The notes under the pieces were generated by a model, which saw only the letters and a list, made by a program, of their open reading frames with translations, was not told where the DNA came from and ran no database searches. From Mycobacterium sp. (GTDB lineage Bacteria > Actinomycetota > Actinomycetes > Mycobacteriales > Mycobacteriaceae), in the NCBI GenBank assembly GCA_031292695.1, contig JARLGS010000203.1:151-64150 (forward strand): DNA of 64,000 nt, given 5' to 3'. How positions within the stretch are numbered: position 1 is the stretch's first letter; each line of letters starts with the position of its first letter. Shown piece by piece: positions 39,406-48,935 of the stretch. Made by a program: the position numbers and the translations under genes.

Positions 39406-40360
39406 AGTGCTCCTCCAAATTGGTGTGGCAGATCCTGCGATGCAGGTCGGCTGACAGAGTGGCAACGATGTCTTCGAGAGGCTCAGGCATCGCGGCGAAG
39501 GGGTAGTCGGATCCGAAGACGACATGGTCGCGGCCGAAGACCTCGATCGCTGCCAGCAACGCTTCACGGTTGTATGTCAGAGAGTCGCACCACAGCCGGC
39601 GAGCCAGGCGACTCGGCAGGTGCGGTGAGTCGGCGGGCATGCCGGCGACGATTGCCCCTTTGTCGAGTCGTCCGATCAGTGCCGGGAGCGCGCCTCCGCC
39701 GTGCGCCAGGCAGATTCGCACTCCTGGCCGTCGCGCAAGTGCGCCGCTAACGATCAGTGCCGCCGCTGCCAGTGCCGCCTCGAGCGGCATTCCCGCGCCG
39801 AAGCCCAGTCCGAGCTCGGTCACCCGCGCCGGTAGGTCCTGGTCACTGGGATGTACCAGTATCAGGGCGCCGAGTTCTCCCGCGATGGCAAAGAACTGGT
39901 CCAGGCTCGGGTCGGCGAGTTCGGTATCCCCGACCCGCGTGCCGATCTCGACACCGAGGAAGCCGCGATGGCGCATACACCGGCGCATCTCGTCGACGGC
40001 CCGGTCGGGGTCCTGCAGGGCGACGGCGCCCAGCGCAGCGAAGCGGGTTGGGTACTGGTGGGTGATCCGTGCGAAGAAATCGTTTTGAGCCGACGCCAGT
40101 TCGGCGGCGCCGGCTGCCGACGACCGATAGCAGAAAGTCACCGGGATCGGCGAAAGCACTTGCATCCCAACGCCCTCACGATCCATATCGATGATCCGTG
40201 CCTTCGGTGACCAGCAACGGTGATCGATCTGGCGGTAGGGCTGTCCACCGAACAGCAGGTGTGCCTCGGTCTCGCCAGTGCGGTCGACGCTGGGCCAAAG
40301 GTCGTGCGGATAGGCGCTCCGCAGATTCGGCAGATCATCGTCGATGGCGTGGGTGTGCAC
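39311..40360 (-). CDS. Amidohydrolase-family decarboxylase (ACMSD-like)
   Basis: HTH, LVHP, GMPLEAA, AHGGG, GSDYPF. Start is uncertain, and the 3' end overlaps the next gene. Confidence 0.8.
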   Translation of the reverse strand: MHTHAIDDDLPNLRSAYPHDLWPSVDRTGETEAHLLFGGQPYRQIDHRCWSPKARIIDMDREGVGMQVLSPIPVTFCYRSSAAGAAELASAQNDFFARITHQYPTRFAALGAVALQDPDRAVDEMRRCMRHRGFLGVEIGTRVGDTELADPSLDQFFAIAGELGALILVHPSDQDLPARVTELGLGFGAGMPLEAALAAAALIVSGALARRPGVRICLAHGGGALPALIGRLDKGAIVAGMPADSPHLPSRLARRLWCDSLTYNREALLAAIEVFGRDHVVFGSDYPFAAMPEPLEDIVATLSADLHRRICHTNLEEHYGAVPGSGTDPLSAAGRYRRAHGGPVALDLD

Positions 40361-40451
40361 ATCGACGAGGCCTGTGTGGGCGGATAGCTGACCGTTGATG
40401 ATTGTGGCTCCGCGCAGCTGTGAGAGGGGCGGGTTTCGTCAAGGGTAACCG

Positions 40452-40487
40452 ATTATGCATACACAATTCAAGATGTACATGCATAAT
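40452..40487. promoter_or_regulatory. Tandem GntR-type operator boxes upstream of the aromatic operon
   Basis: ATTATGCATACACAAT and GATGTACATGCATAAT, 20 bp apart. Conserved in the second copy at 58033-58068. Confidence 0.65.
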
Positions 40488-40591
40488 GTTGTGCGTCACA
40501 CCTCGGCGGTGGTAGAAGTACCGGCATGCAGGCAGGACCGATCCCGGGGATGGACCGGGGGAGTTACCGTCGAGCCATCGGCGCCGTTCGG

Positions 40592-41323
40592 TCAGGGGTG
40601 CTGCGGGGTAATCGGCGTGCGGTCCGGTTCGTCGGCGCGGATCAGGTCTTGATCGTGGCGGTTGATGGCATCGACGAACGAGGCCTGATCGTGCAGGGCG
40701 ATGGCGGCCACGATGTCGTCGTGGACGTCGAGACTGCTCGACAGCAGCGGTTCGTGGTCGCCGACGAACACCACCCGCGTCAGCACAGCCTTGATGGTGG
40801 TCACGATGAGCTGGTGCATCCCCTCCAGAACGGGGATGTGGGCCGCGGCCGCGACGACGCCGTGGAACGCCAGCACGGCATCGAAGAACTGCGTGGCATC
40901 GGTGCTGGCCCGCATTGTGACCATCGCCGAGCGCATCGCGGCGATGTCTTCGCTGGTCGCCCGCTCGAACGCCGCCTTGGTCAGGCCGAACTCAAGGTAC
41001 AACCGGGCTTCGAACAGGTCCAGGGGGTGCGGGGTGGAAGGCTGAAAACACAGATCCAGCGCCCCTACCCGGACCTGCGGGGGCGCGCTGGCTACGGCGA
41101 TCCCGCCGCCTGGTCCGGGCCGGACCGTCACCAGGTCGCGATCGCGCAGGATCCGCAGTGTTTCGTTCATCACCGTCGGGCTGATGCCGAACCTGTCCAT
41201 GATCTCCGAGCGGCGTCCCAGGTGAGCCCCGACTGGCAGGCGGGCACTGAGGATCTCGTGTTCCAGGTCGGCAGCGACCCGTTCAGCCCGGGAGGACCGG
41301 AGTGCTTGCTCGCGACGTTGCAC
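40592..41323 (-). CDS. GntR/FCD-family regulator
   Basis: RFGISPTVMNETLRIL wHTH, RPGPGGG, FH..H FCD. Start GTG 41323 after AAGGAGG. Confidence 0.85.
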   Translation of the reverse strand: MQRREQALRSSRAERVAADLEHEILSARLPVGAHLGRRSEIMDRFGISPTVMNETLRILRDRDLVTVRPGPGGGIAVASAPPQVRVGALDLCFQPSTPHPLDLFEARLYLEFGLTKAAFERATSEDIAAMRSAMVTMRASTDATQFFDAVLAFHGVVAAAAHIPVLEGMHQLIVTTIKAVLTRVVFVGDHEPLLSSSLDVHDDIVAAIALHDQASFVDAINRHDQDLIRADEPDRTPITPQHP

Positions 41324-41408
41324 GCGCAGCCTCCTTCGGATCGACACCGGCGCCGCAGTGACGCCGTAGAGCAAGTCTCTCAAAAAGCTATGTGAGGAGT
41401 CCGGACCG

Positions 41409-43088
41409 ATGGACCGAACGACTGGCCGAGCAGCCTACCGGGCTGTCCGCGACATGCTGGTGCGACACCGCGACGACCACGACGCTGTGGTCGCGGCCTT
41501 CCGTTGGCCCGACATCGGTGACCGGTTCAACTGGGCGCTCGACTGGTTCGACCCAGTCGCGGCGGGCAACCCGCGAACGGCGCTGCGCATCGTCGGGGAG
41601 GACGGTAGCGATCGCTCGTACTCCTTCGCCGAGTTGGCCGCACGCTCCGATCGGCTTGCCACATCACTGGCCGCCGGCGGCGTCGCGCCCGGCGATCGCG
41701 TGATGGTCATGCTGGGCAATCAAGTCGAGCTATGGGAATCGATGCTGGCGGTTATGAAACTGGGCGGGCTCATCATGCCGGCCACGACCGCACTGGGGCC
41801 TAAGGATCTCGCCGACCGCATCGGCCGGGGGGCGGTGGGCCACGTCATCACCGATGCCGACCAGATCGGCAAATTCGCTGATATCCCAGGGGATTTCGGC
41901 CGCATCGCGATCGGCGAGGTTCCCCATCCGTGGCGGCCGTACCGGCTGGCCGACGCAGTGGCCGCGCCGTCACGGCTCGCCACTCAGACGCGTGCGGACG
42001 ACCCGATGCTGATTTATTTCACATCCGGTACCACCAGCCAGCCGAAACTCGTGGAGCACACGCACCGGTCCTACCCCGTCGGCCATCTGTCGACGATGTA
42101 CTTCCTTGGACTGCGTCCCGGTGATGTCCACCTCAACATCAGCTCCCCGGGCTGGGCCAAGCACGCATGGAGTTCTTTCTTCGCGCCCTGGATCGCCGAG
42201 TCGACGATCCTGGTCTACAACTACACCCGTTTCGACGCATCCCGATTCCTGACGATGCTGCGGCAGGCCGACGTCACCTCTATATGCGCGCCACCGACGG
42301 TGTGGCGCATGCTGATTCAGGCGGACCTGGGCGCCAAGCCACCCATGCTGCGGGAGGCCGTCGGCGCAGGCGAACCGCTGAACCCGGAAGTCATCGAGCA
42401 CGTCCAGAAGCATTGGGGGGTGACCATTCGCGACGGGTTCGGGCAGACCGAGACCACGGCGTTGATCGGCAATACTCCGGGCTCGCGAGTCAAGCCCGGC
42501 TCGATGGGGCGGCCGCTGCCCGGTGTTGCGGTCGAGATCGTCGACCCGGTGAGCGGGCAGCCCGCCGGCGAGGGTGAGATCTGTCTGCGGCTCGATCCGC
42601 GGCCGGTGAATCTGATGGCCGGCTATCTCGGCGATGACGGGCGCACCGACCCGGCTTCCGCCGGCGGCTACTACCACACCGGGGACGTGGCCAGCCGCGA
42701 CGCCGACGGCTACATCACCTATATCGGCCGCACCGACGACGTGTTCAAGGCGTCCGATTACAAGATTTCCCCGTTCGAATTGGAAAGCGTGCTCATCGAA
42801 CATCCGGCGGTGGTCGAGGCAGCTGTGGTACCGGCCCCTGACCCAACCAGGTTGGCCGTGCCCAAGGCTTACATCAGCCTGGCGGCGGGGTGGCTCCCCG
42901 ATCGGGCCACCGCCGACGCGATTTTCGCCCATGCCCACCGAAACCTTGCTCCGTATCAACGAATCCGGCGCATCGAATTCATGGAACTACCGAAGACCAT
43001 CTCCGGCAAGATCCGGCGTGTCGACCTGCGGGCTCGCGAAAATGCTTGTAAAACAAACGATTTGACCAACGAATATCGCGACCGGTGA
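41409..43088 (+). CDS. Acetyl/medium-chain acyl-CoA synthetase
   Basis: FNWALDWFD, YFTSGTTSQPK, SSPGWAKHAW, DGFGQTET, LPKTISGKIRR. Confidence 0.9.
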   Translation: MDRTTGRAAYRAVRDMLVRHRDDHDAVVAAFRWPDIGDRFNWALDWFDPVAAGNPRTALRIVGEDGSDRSYSFAELAARSDRLATSLAAGGVAPGDRVMVMLGNQVELWESMLAVMKLGGLIMPATTALGPKDLADRIGRGAVGHVITDADQIGKFADIPGDFGRIAIGEVPHPWRPYRLADAVAAPSRLATQTRADDPMLIYFTSGTTSQPKLVEHTHRSYPVGHLSTMYFLGLRPGDVHLNISSPGWAKHAWSSFFAPWIAESTILVYNYTRFDASRFLTMLRQADVTSICAPPTVWRMLIQADLGAKPPMLREAVGAGEPLNPEVIEHVQKHWGVTIRDGFGQTETTALIGNTPGSRVKPGSMGRPLPGVAVEIVDPVSGQPAGEGEICLRLDPRPVNLMAGYLGDDGRTDPASAGGYYHTGDVASRDADGYITYIGRTDDVFKASDYKISPFELESVLIEHPAVVEAAVVPAPDPTRLAVPKAYISLAAGWLPDRATADAIFAHAHRNLAPYQRIRRIEFMELPKTISGKIRRVDLRARENACKTNDLTNEYRDR

Positions 43089-43483
43089 GCCGGGCGTACT
43101 TCGCCACGCCGCGATGCTCTGCGCACGATCAGTCGATGCCCAGGCACCGTCATTTTCGGCACCTGACTTCCACGATCCGTGTGGTGGCGCTGTCACCGGG
43201 CCGATCATCTCGATGGCGTTCGATAAGCTAACAGCCGGTCAGACGTCTGGGAAGTGACCCCGATGGGGGACCCATTATCCCTCTTGGTGGAGCAGTCACC
43301 GGACTGCGCGCCTCGCTAGCGTTCGATCATGCCGTCGGCTGGCCGTGACTACCTGCAGCTGCGGGCGACTGGGGGCGTCCTCGCCGTGGCTGTATGGACA
43401 GGCACACCGGGGCGCAATCAGATCCGCCCGCGGGACGCGGCACGCCCAGAACCCGGCGTCACGCCCGCGTCGTGGGAGCACCG

Positions 43484-44254
43484 GTGGTGACGACGCACGC
43501 GGTTACCAAGCCGGTCCGTGCGATCGGCGGCTTCTTCGCGATGTCACTGGACGCCTTGGTGTTGATGTTCAAGCCGCCGTTCGCCTGGCGTGAATACCTC
43601 CTTCAGAGCTGGTTCGTCGCGCGGGTGTCAATGGTGCCGGCGCTGATGATGACGCTCCCGTACTCGGTGATCTTGACGTTTATCTTCAACATTCTGCTGA
43701 CCGAAATCGGTGCCGGGGATTTCTCCGGAACGGGCGCGGCGATCGGCACCGTGAACCAGATCGCCCCTATCGTCACGGTGCTGGTGGTCTCCGGCGCGGG
43801 TTCCACCGCGATGTGCGCCGATCTGGGTGCGCGGACGATCCGCGAGGAACTCGACGCTATGCGGGTGCTGGGCATCAACCCCATCCAGAGGCTGGTGGTC
43901 CCGCGTGTGCTGGCGGCCACAACGGTGGCTTTAGCGCTGGAATCGGCGGTGACCGTGGTGGGTCTTACCGGCGCTTTCTTTTTCACTGTGTATGCCCAGC
44001 ACGTCTCGGCGGGTGCGTTCGTGACCGGGCTGACGACGCTTACCGGCCTTGCCGACGTCATCGTCTCGCTGGTCAAGGCGATGCTATTCGGGATGGCGGC
44101 AGGCCTGATCGCCTGCTACATGGGCATCTCGGTCGGCGGTGGTCCGGCGGGTGTCGGCAACGCGGTCAACGAGACCGTGGTGTTCACCTTCATGGTGTTG
44201 TTCGCCATCAACGTCATCGTGACCGCCGTCGGTATCCAGTTCACGGTGTCGTGA
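43484..44254 (+). CDS. yrbEA: YrbE-A permease of Mce transporter
   Basis: CADLGARTIREELDAM, GGGPAGVGNAVN. Confidence 0.92.
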   Translation: MVTTHAVTKPVRAIGGFFAMSLDALVLMFKPPFAWREYLLQSWFVARVSMVPALMMTLPYSVILTFIFNILLTEIGAGDFSGTGAAIGTVNQIAPIVTVLVVSGAGSTAMCADLGARTIREELDAMRVLGINPIQRLVVPRVLAATTVALALESAVTVVGLTGAFFFTVYAQHVSAGAFVTGLTTLTGLADVIVSLVKAMLFGMAAGLIACYMGISVGGGPAGVGNAVNETVVFTFMVLFAINVIVTAVGIQFTVS

Positions 44255-44263
44255 GGTGGACCC

Positions 44264-45130
44264 ATGACAGATACCGTTTCGAGTGCCCTTCCGAGCAGGC
44301 TCCATCCGCGGCTGCAGCGCACGTTAAACAGCGTGATGAGCGAGTGGAACCGGGTCGGATCGCAGGCACGGTTCTATGTCGCGACACTTGGGGCGATTCC
44401 CGATGCTGTCGTCAATTACCGGACCGAGTTGCTGCGCCTGATCGCGCAAATGGGGTTGGGTGCCGCAGCGCTCGCGATGGTCGGCGGGACCGTCGTCATC
44501 GTCGGCTTCCTGACGATGACCACCGGCGCCTTGGTGGCGGTGCAGGGCTACAACCAGTTGGCGTCCGTCGGTATCGAAGCCCTCACCGGGTTCGCGTCGG
44601 CGTATTTCAACATCCGGCTCATTGTGCCCGGAACCGCCTCCGTCGCATTGTCGGCGACCATCGGTGCCGGCGCCACCGCTCAGATGGGTGCGATGCGGAT
44701 CAACGAGGAGATCGATGCGCTCGAGGTGATCGGTATTCGCAGCGTCAGCTACCTGGCGTCCACCCGGGTCGTTGCCGGGGTCGTCGTGGTGATCCCGCTG
44801 TACTGCGTGGCAATCATCATGGCCTTTCTGGCTTCCCGCGCCGGCACCACCGCCATATACGGTCAGAGCTCCGGTGTCTACGACCATTACTTCAACACGT
44901 TCCTCAGTCCCCGCGATCTGATCTGGTCGTTCTTCCAGGTGGTGGCGATCACGATCGTGGTCATGCTGGTGCACACCTACTACGGCTACACCGCGCACGG
45001 CGGGCCGGCCGGGGTTGGTGAGGCCGTGGGCCGGGCCGTACGTACCTCGATGGTGGTCGCGGCGGTCGAGATCGTGATGATCACGCTCGCCGTCTATGGC
45101 CAGTCCGGCAACTTCCACCTGGCGGGCTAG
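44264..45130 (+). CDS. yrbEB: YrbE-B permease
   Basis: GAMRINEEIDALE, HTYYGY, GGPAGVGEAVG. Confidence 0.92.
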   Translation: MTDTVSSALPSRLHPRLQRTLNSVMSEWNRVGSQARFYVATLGAIPDAVVNYRTELLRLIAQMGLGAAALAMVGGTVVIVGFLTMTTGALVAVQGYNQLASVGIEALTGFASAYFNIRLIVPGTASVALSATIGAGATAQMGAMRINEEIDALEVIGIRSVSYLASTRVVAGVVVVIPLYCVAIIMAFLASRAGTTAIYGQSSGVYDHYFNTFLSPRDLIWSFFQVVAITIVVMLVHTYYGYTAHGGPAGVGEAVGRAVRTSMVVAAVEIVMITLAVYGQSGNFHLAG

Positions 45131-45134
45131 CGGC

Positions 45135-46520
45135 ATGAAACGCAGGGCAGGACAACACCGCATCCGCTCCGCCTGGTGGACGGTGATCCTGTTGGTGGCC
45201 ATCGGTGTGTTCCTGTTCGTGACCACGACGTCCTTCGCCGGCACGTTCAGATCGTATGTGCCGGTGACCCTGACATCGGATCGAGCTGGGCTGGTGATGG
45301 AGACCGGCGCCAAGGTCGAGCTGCGTGGCGTCCAGGTCGGCCGGGTCAGCCAGATCGGTGAGGGCAAGAACATGGCCAGCTTGACGCTTGAGATCGACCC
45401 CGATCAGATCCGCTATATCCCGGCCAACGTGCAGGCACAGATCAGTGCCACCACCGCGTTCGGCGCCAAGTTCGTCGAGCTGGTGTATCCGGAGAACCCG
45501 AGTCGTGCTCGGCTGACCGCGGGCGCGGTGCTGCATTCGAAGAATGTCAGCACAGAGGTCAACACGGTCTTTGAAAATCTCGTCGATCTGCTCAACATGA
45601 TCGATCCGGTAAAGCTGAACGCGGTGCTGACGGCCGTGGCCGACGGCGTACGCGGACAAGGTGAACGGATCGGCGAGGCGACCACCGACCTCAACCAGGT
45701 GTTGCAGGCACTCAACGCGCGCAGCGACACCATCCGCCAAGACTGGCGTTCCTTCAAAAACTTCAACGACACCTATGACGCGGCCGCCCGGGACATCTTG
45801 ACGATCCTGAACGCCGCCAGCACCACCAGCACCACCGTGGTGAATCATTCGAAAACGCTGGATTCTTTGCTGCTCAACGTCATTGGCTCCGCAAACGCCG
45901 GGACCAACCTGCTCGGTACCAGCAGGGACAATCTCGTCGGAGCGGTCAACATTCTCGAGCCGACGACGAACCTGCTGCTCAAGTACAACCCGGAGTACAC
46001 CTGCTTTCTGCAGGGCACCAAGTGGTATCTGGACAACGGGGGCTATGCGGCGTGGGGCGGCGCCGACGGCCGCACGCTCCAACTCGACGTCGCTCTGCTG
46101 CTGGGCAACGACCCCTATGTCTATCCCGACAACCTGCCGGTCATCGCCGCCAAAGGCGGACCCGGAGGAAAGCCGGGGTGCGGGTCGCTGCCGGATGCCA
46201 CCAAGAACTTCCCGGTGCGCCAGCTCATCACCGACACCGGTTGGGGAACCGGGCTCGATATCCGGCCCAACCCCGGCATCGGGCATCCCTGCTGGGCTGA
46301 CTACCTCCCGGTGACCCGCGCTGTGCCCGAGCCGCCTTCGGTCCGCCAGTGCATTCCTGGGCCGGCAATCGGGCCGAACCCCGGGGGGCCGCCGTATGGG
46401 GCGGCACTGTACGGGCCGGGTGGAGTGCCGCTTTGGCCGGGGATACCCCCGGCAACGCCGGGCCCAGCACCGCCGGAGCCCGGCCCACCCCCGGCGGAAA
46501 CAGGTCCGCCGCCACCGTGA
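45135..46520 (+). CDS. mceA: MceA (mce3-like)
   Basis: SDRAGLVMETGAKV MCE domain, TTAFGAKFV, Pro-rich tail. Confidence 0.9.
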   Translation: MKRRAGQHRIRSAWWTVILLVAIGVFLFVTTTSFAGTFRSYVPVTLTSDRAGLVMETGAKVELRGVQVGRVSQIGEGKNMASLTLEIDPDQIRYIPANVQAQISATTAFGAKFVELVYPENPSRARLTAGAVLHSKNVSTEVNTVFENLVDLLNMIDPVKLNAVLTAVADGVRGQGERIGEATTDLNQVLQALNARSDTIRQDWRSFKNFNDTYDAAARDILTILNAASTTSTTVVNHSKTLDSLLLNVIGSANAGTNLLGTSRDNLVGAVNILEPTTNLLLKYNPEYTCFLQGTKWYLDNGGYAAWGGADGRTLQLDVALLLGNDPYVYPDNLPVIAAKGGPGGKPGCGSLPDATKNFPVRQLITDTGWGTGLDIRPNPGIGHPCWADYLPVTRAVPEPPSVRQCIPGPAIGPNPGGPPYGAALYGPGGVPLWPGIPPATPGPAPPEPGPPPAETGPPPP

Positions 46521-46554
46521 CCGTCGACGATCGACACAAGCAGGAGAAGAGGCT

Positions 46555-47583
46555 ATGCGGGAAAACCTGAGAGGCGTCATAGTGCGCCTCGGCATCTTCC
46601 TCACGGTTTGCCTACTGGCCGCGTTCTTGCTGGTTGCCATCTTCGGGCAGCTCCGGTTCGGCGAAGGCAAGACCTACTACGCCGAGTTCACCAACGTGTC
46701 CAATCTGAGGGTGGGCAAGCTGGTCCGCATCGCCGGGGTTGAGGTCGGCAAGGTCAAGACCATCTCCATAAACCCCGACGCGACGGTGCGGGTCGAGTTC
46801 ACCGCCGACAATTCGGTAACCCTCACGGAGGGAACCCGGGCGGTGATCCAGTACGACAACCTGTTCGGCGACCGCTACCTGGCGCTCCAGGAGGGCGCCG
46901 GGGGACTCAAGATATTGAATCCCGGTCAGACCATTCCGGTGGCCCGCACCAAACCGGCGCTGGATCTGGATGCGCTGATCGGTGGTTTCCGCCCGCTGTT
47001 TCGTGCGCTGAACCCCGAGCAAGTGAACGCGCTGAGCGGACAGTTGTTGCAGGCGTTTCAAGGGCAGGGCCCCACCATCGGGTCATTCCTAGACCAGGCG
47101 GCTGCGGTGACCAACACCCTGGCCGACCGAGATCAGCTGATCGGGCAGGTCATCACCAACCTCAACGTGGTGCTGGGTTCGCTGGGCGGCCAGAACGACC
47201 GGTTGGACAAAGCGGTGACTTCGCTGTCGCGGTTGGTTCACGGGCTGGCAGAACGCAAAACCGACATCTCCAACGCGGTGGCCTACACCAACGCCGCCGC
47301 CGGCTCGGTCGCCGACCTACTGTCGCAGGCCCGGGAGCCGTTCCGGAAGGTGGTTCACGAGACCGACCGGACCGCGACCATCGCGCTAGCCGACCACGAC
47401 TACCTCGACAATCTGCTCAACACGCTGCCAGACAGGTACCGCGCACTGGTCCGTCAGGGCGTCTACGGCGACTACTTCGCCTTCTACTTCTGCGATGTCG
47501 TGCTCAAGGTCAACGGCAAAGGGGGCCAGCCGGTGTACATCAAGATCGCCGGTCAGAGCACGGGACGGTGCGCGCCGAAATGA
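46555..47583 (+). CDS. mceB: MceB
   Basis: VRIAGVEVGKV, GDRYLAL, PALDLDALIGGFRPLF. Confidence 0.9.
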   Translation: MRENLRGVIVRLGIFLTVCLLAAFLLVAIFGQLRFGEGKTYYAEFTNVSNLRVGKLVRIAGVEVGKVKTISINPDATVRVEFTADNSVTLTEGTRAVIQYDNLFGDRYLALQEGAGGLKILNPGQTIPVARTKPALDLDALIGGFRPLFRALNPEQVNALSGQLLQAFQGQGPTIGSFLDQAAAVTNTLADRDQLIGQVITNLNVVLGSLGGQNDRLDKAVTSLSRLVHGLAERKTDISNAVAYTNAAAGSVADLLSQAREPFRKVVHETDRTATIALADHDYLDNLLNTLPDRYRALVRQGVYGDYFAFYFCDVVLKVNGKGGQPVYIKIAGQSTGRCAPK

Positions 47584-48935
47584 AACCCTTCTCTGAGCGC
47601 AACCCGTTGATCCTCGGCACCGTCGGCATCCTGGCAGTCACCGGGTTTGTGGTGGCCGCGCTGCAATACCAGAAGCTGCCCTTCTTCAACCAGGGCACCG
47701 ACGTCTCCGCCTATTTCGCCGACGCAGGCGGGCTCAGGACCGGCAACGGTGTCGAGGTCTCGGGTTATCCGGTGGGAAAGGTGTCCAGCATCGAACTCGA
47801 CGGGCCTGGCGTGCTGGTCAAATTCAAGGTCGGCAAGGACATCCGTCTCGGGGACCGCACCGAGGTGGCGATCAAAGGCAAAGGCCTCTTGGGCGGCAAG
47901 ATCCTCGACGTCCTACCCCGCGGCGACGGCCAGCTCAATGGTCCTATCCCAATCGAGCGGACCATCTCGCCCTACCAGCTGCCCGAGGCCCTTGGCGACT
48001 TGGCCACCACGATCAGCGGGCTGAACACCGAACAGCTGTCCGGATCGCTCAGCACTCTGGCGCAAACCTTTGCCAATACCCCGCCAGACCTGAGGAACGC
48101 GTTGCAGGGGGTGGCGCGGTTTGCACAAACACTCGATGAGCGCGACGCACAACTTCGTAACCTGCTCAGCAACGCAGCCAAGGCGACGGGGGTGCTGGCC
48201 AAGCGCACTGACCAGATCGTCGGCCTGGTGCGGGACACCAATGCGCTGCTGGCCCAGCTCCGGACACAAAGCGCCGCCTTGAATCAGATCTGGGCGAATA
48301 TCTCGGCGGTGTCGCGGCAACTGCAAGGGTTCATTGCCGAGAACCGACAGCAGCTGCGGCCGGCGCTAGACAAGCTCAATGGGGTGCTGGCGATTGTCGA
48401 CCAACGCAAGGAACGCATTCAGCAGGCCATCCCACTGATCAACACGTATGTGTTGTCCCTTGGTGAATCGGTTTCATCCGGCCCCTTCTTCAAGGCGTAC
48501 GTGGTGAATCTGCTTCCGGGTCAGTTCGTGCAACCGTTCATCGGTGCCGCGTTCTCCGACCTGGGGCTGGACCCGGCCACGTTGCTGCCTTCGCAGCTGA
48601 CCGACCCGCCAACCGGCCAGCCCGGGACCCCACCGTTGCCGATGCCGTACCCGCGGACCGGCCAGGGTGGCGAGCCGCGGTTGACTTTGCCAGACGCGAT
48701 CACCGGCAACCCGGACGACCATTCGTGCGGTTTGCCCGGCGTGGCGTTGCCCGGCCCTGGCTGCTACCCGTATCGGGAACCACCGCCGGCCCCGCCGCCC
48801 GGCGGCCCACCGCCCGGGCCGCCAGCGCCACCGCCGGCGAGCCTGCGGTCCACACCCGAACCGACACCCTCGCCGGTCTATGTGCCGGCACCGGGTGAGG
48901 TGCCGCCCCCGCAACAGCCGGGAGGCCAACGGTGA
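47580..48935 (+). CDS. mceC: MceC
   Basis: MKPFSERNP, ADAGGL, SSGPFFKAYV. Confidence 0.9.
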   Translation: MKPFSERNPLILGTVGILAVTGFVVAALQYQKLPFFNQGTDVSAYFADAGGLRTGNGVEVSGYPVGKVSSIELDGPGVLVKFKVGKDIRLGDRTEVAIKGKGLLGGKILDVLPRGDGQLNGPIPIERTISPYQLPEALGDLATTISGLNTEQLSGSLSTLAQTFANTPPDLRNALQGVARFAQTLDERDAQLRNLLSNAAKATGVLAKRTDQIVGLVRDTNALLAQLRTQSAALNQIWANISAVSRQLQGFIAENRQQLRPALDKLNGVLAIVDQRKERIQQAIPLINTYVLSLGESVSSGPFFKAYVVNLLPGQFVQPFIGAAFSDLGLDPATLLPSQLTDPPTGQPGTPPLPMPYPRTGQGGEPRLTLPDAITGNPDDHSCGLPGVALPGPGCYPYREPPPAPPPGGPPPGPPAPPPASLRSTPEPTPSPVYVPAPGEVPPPQQPGGQR

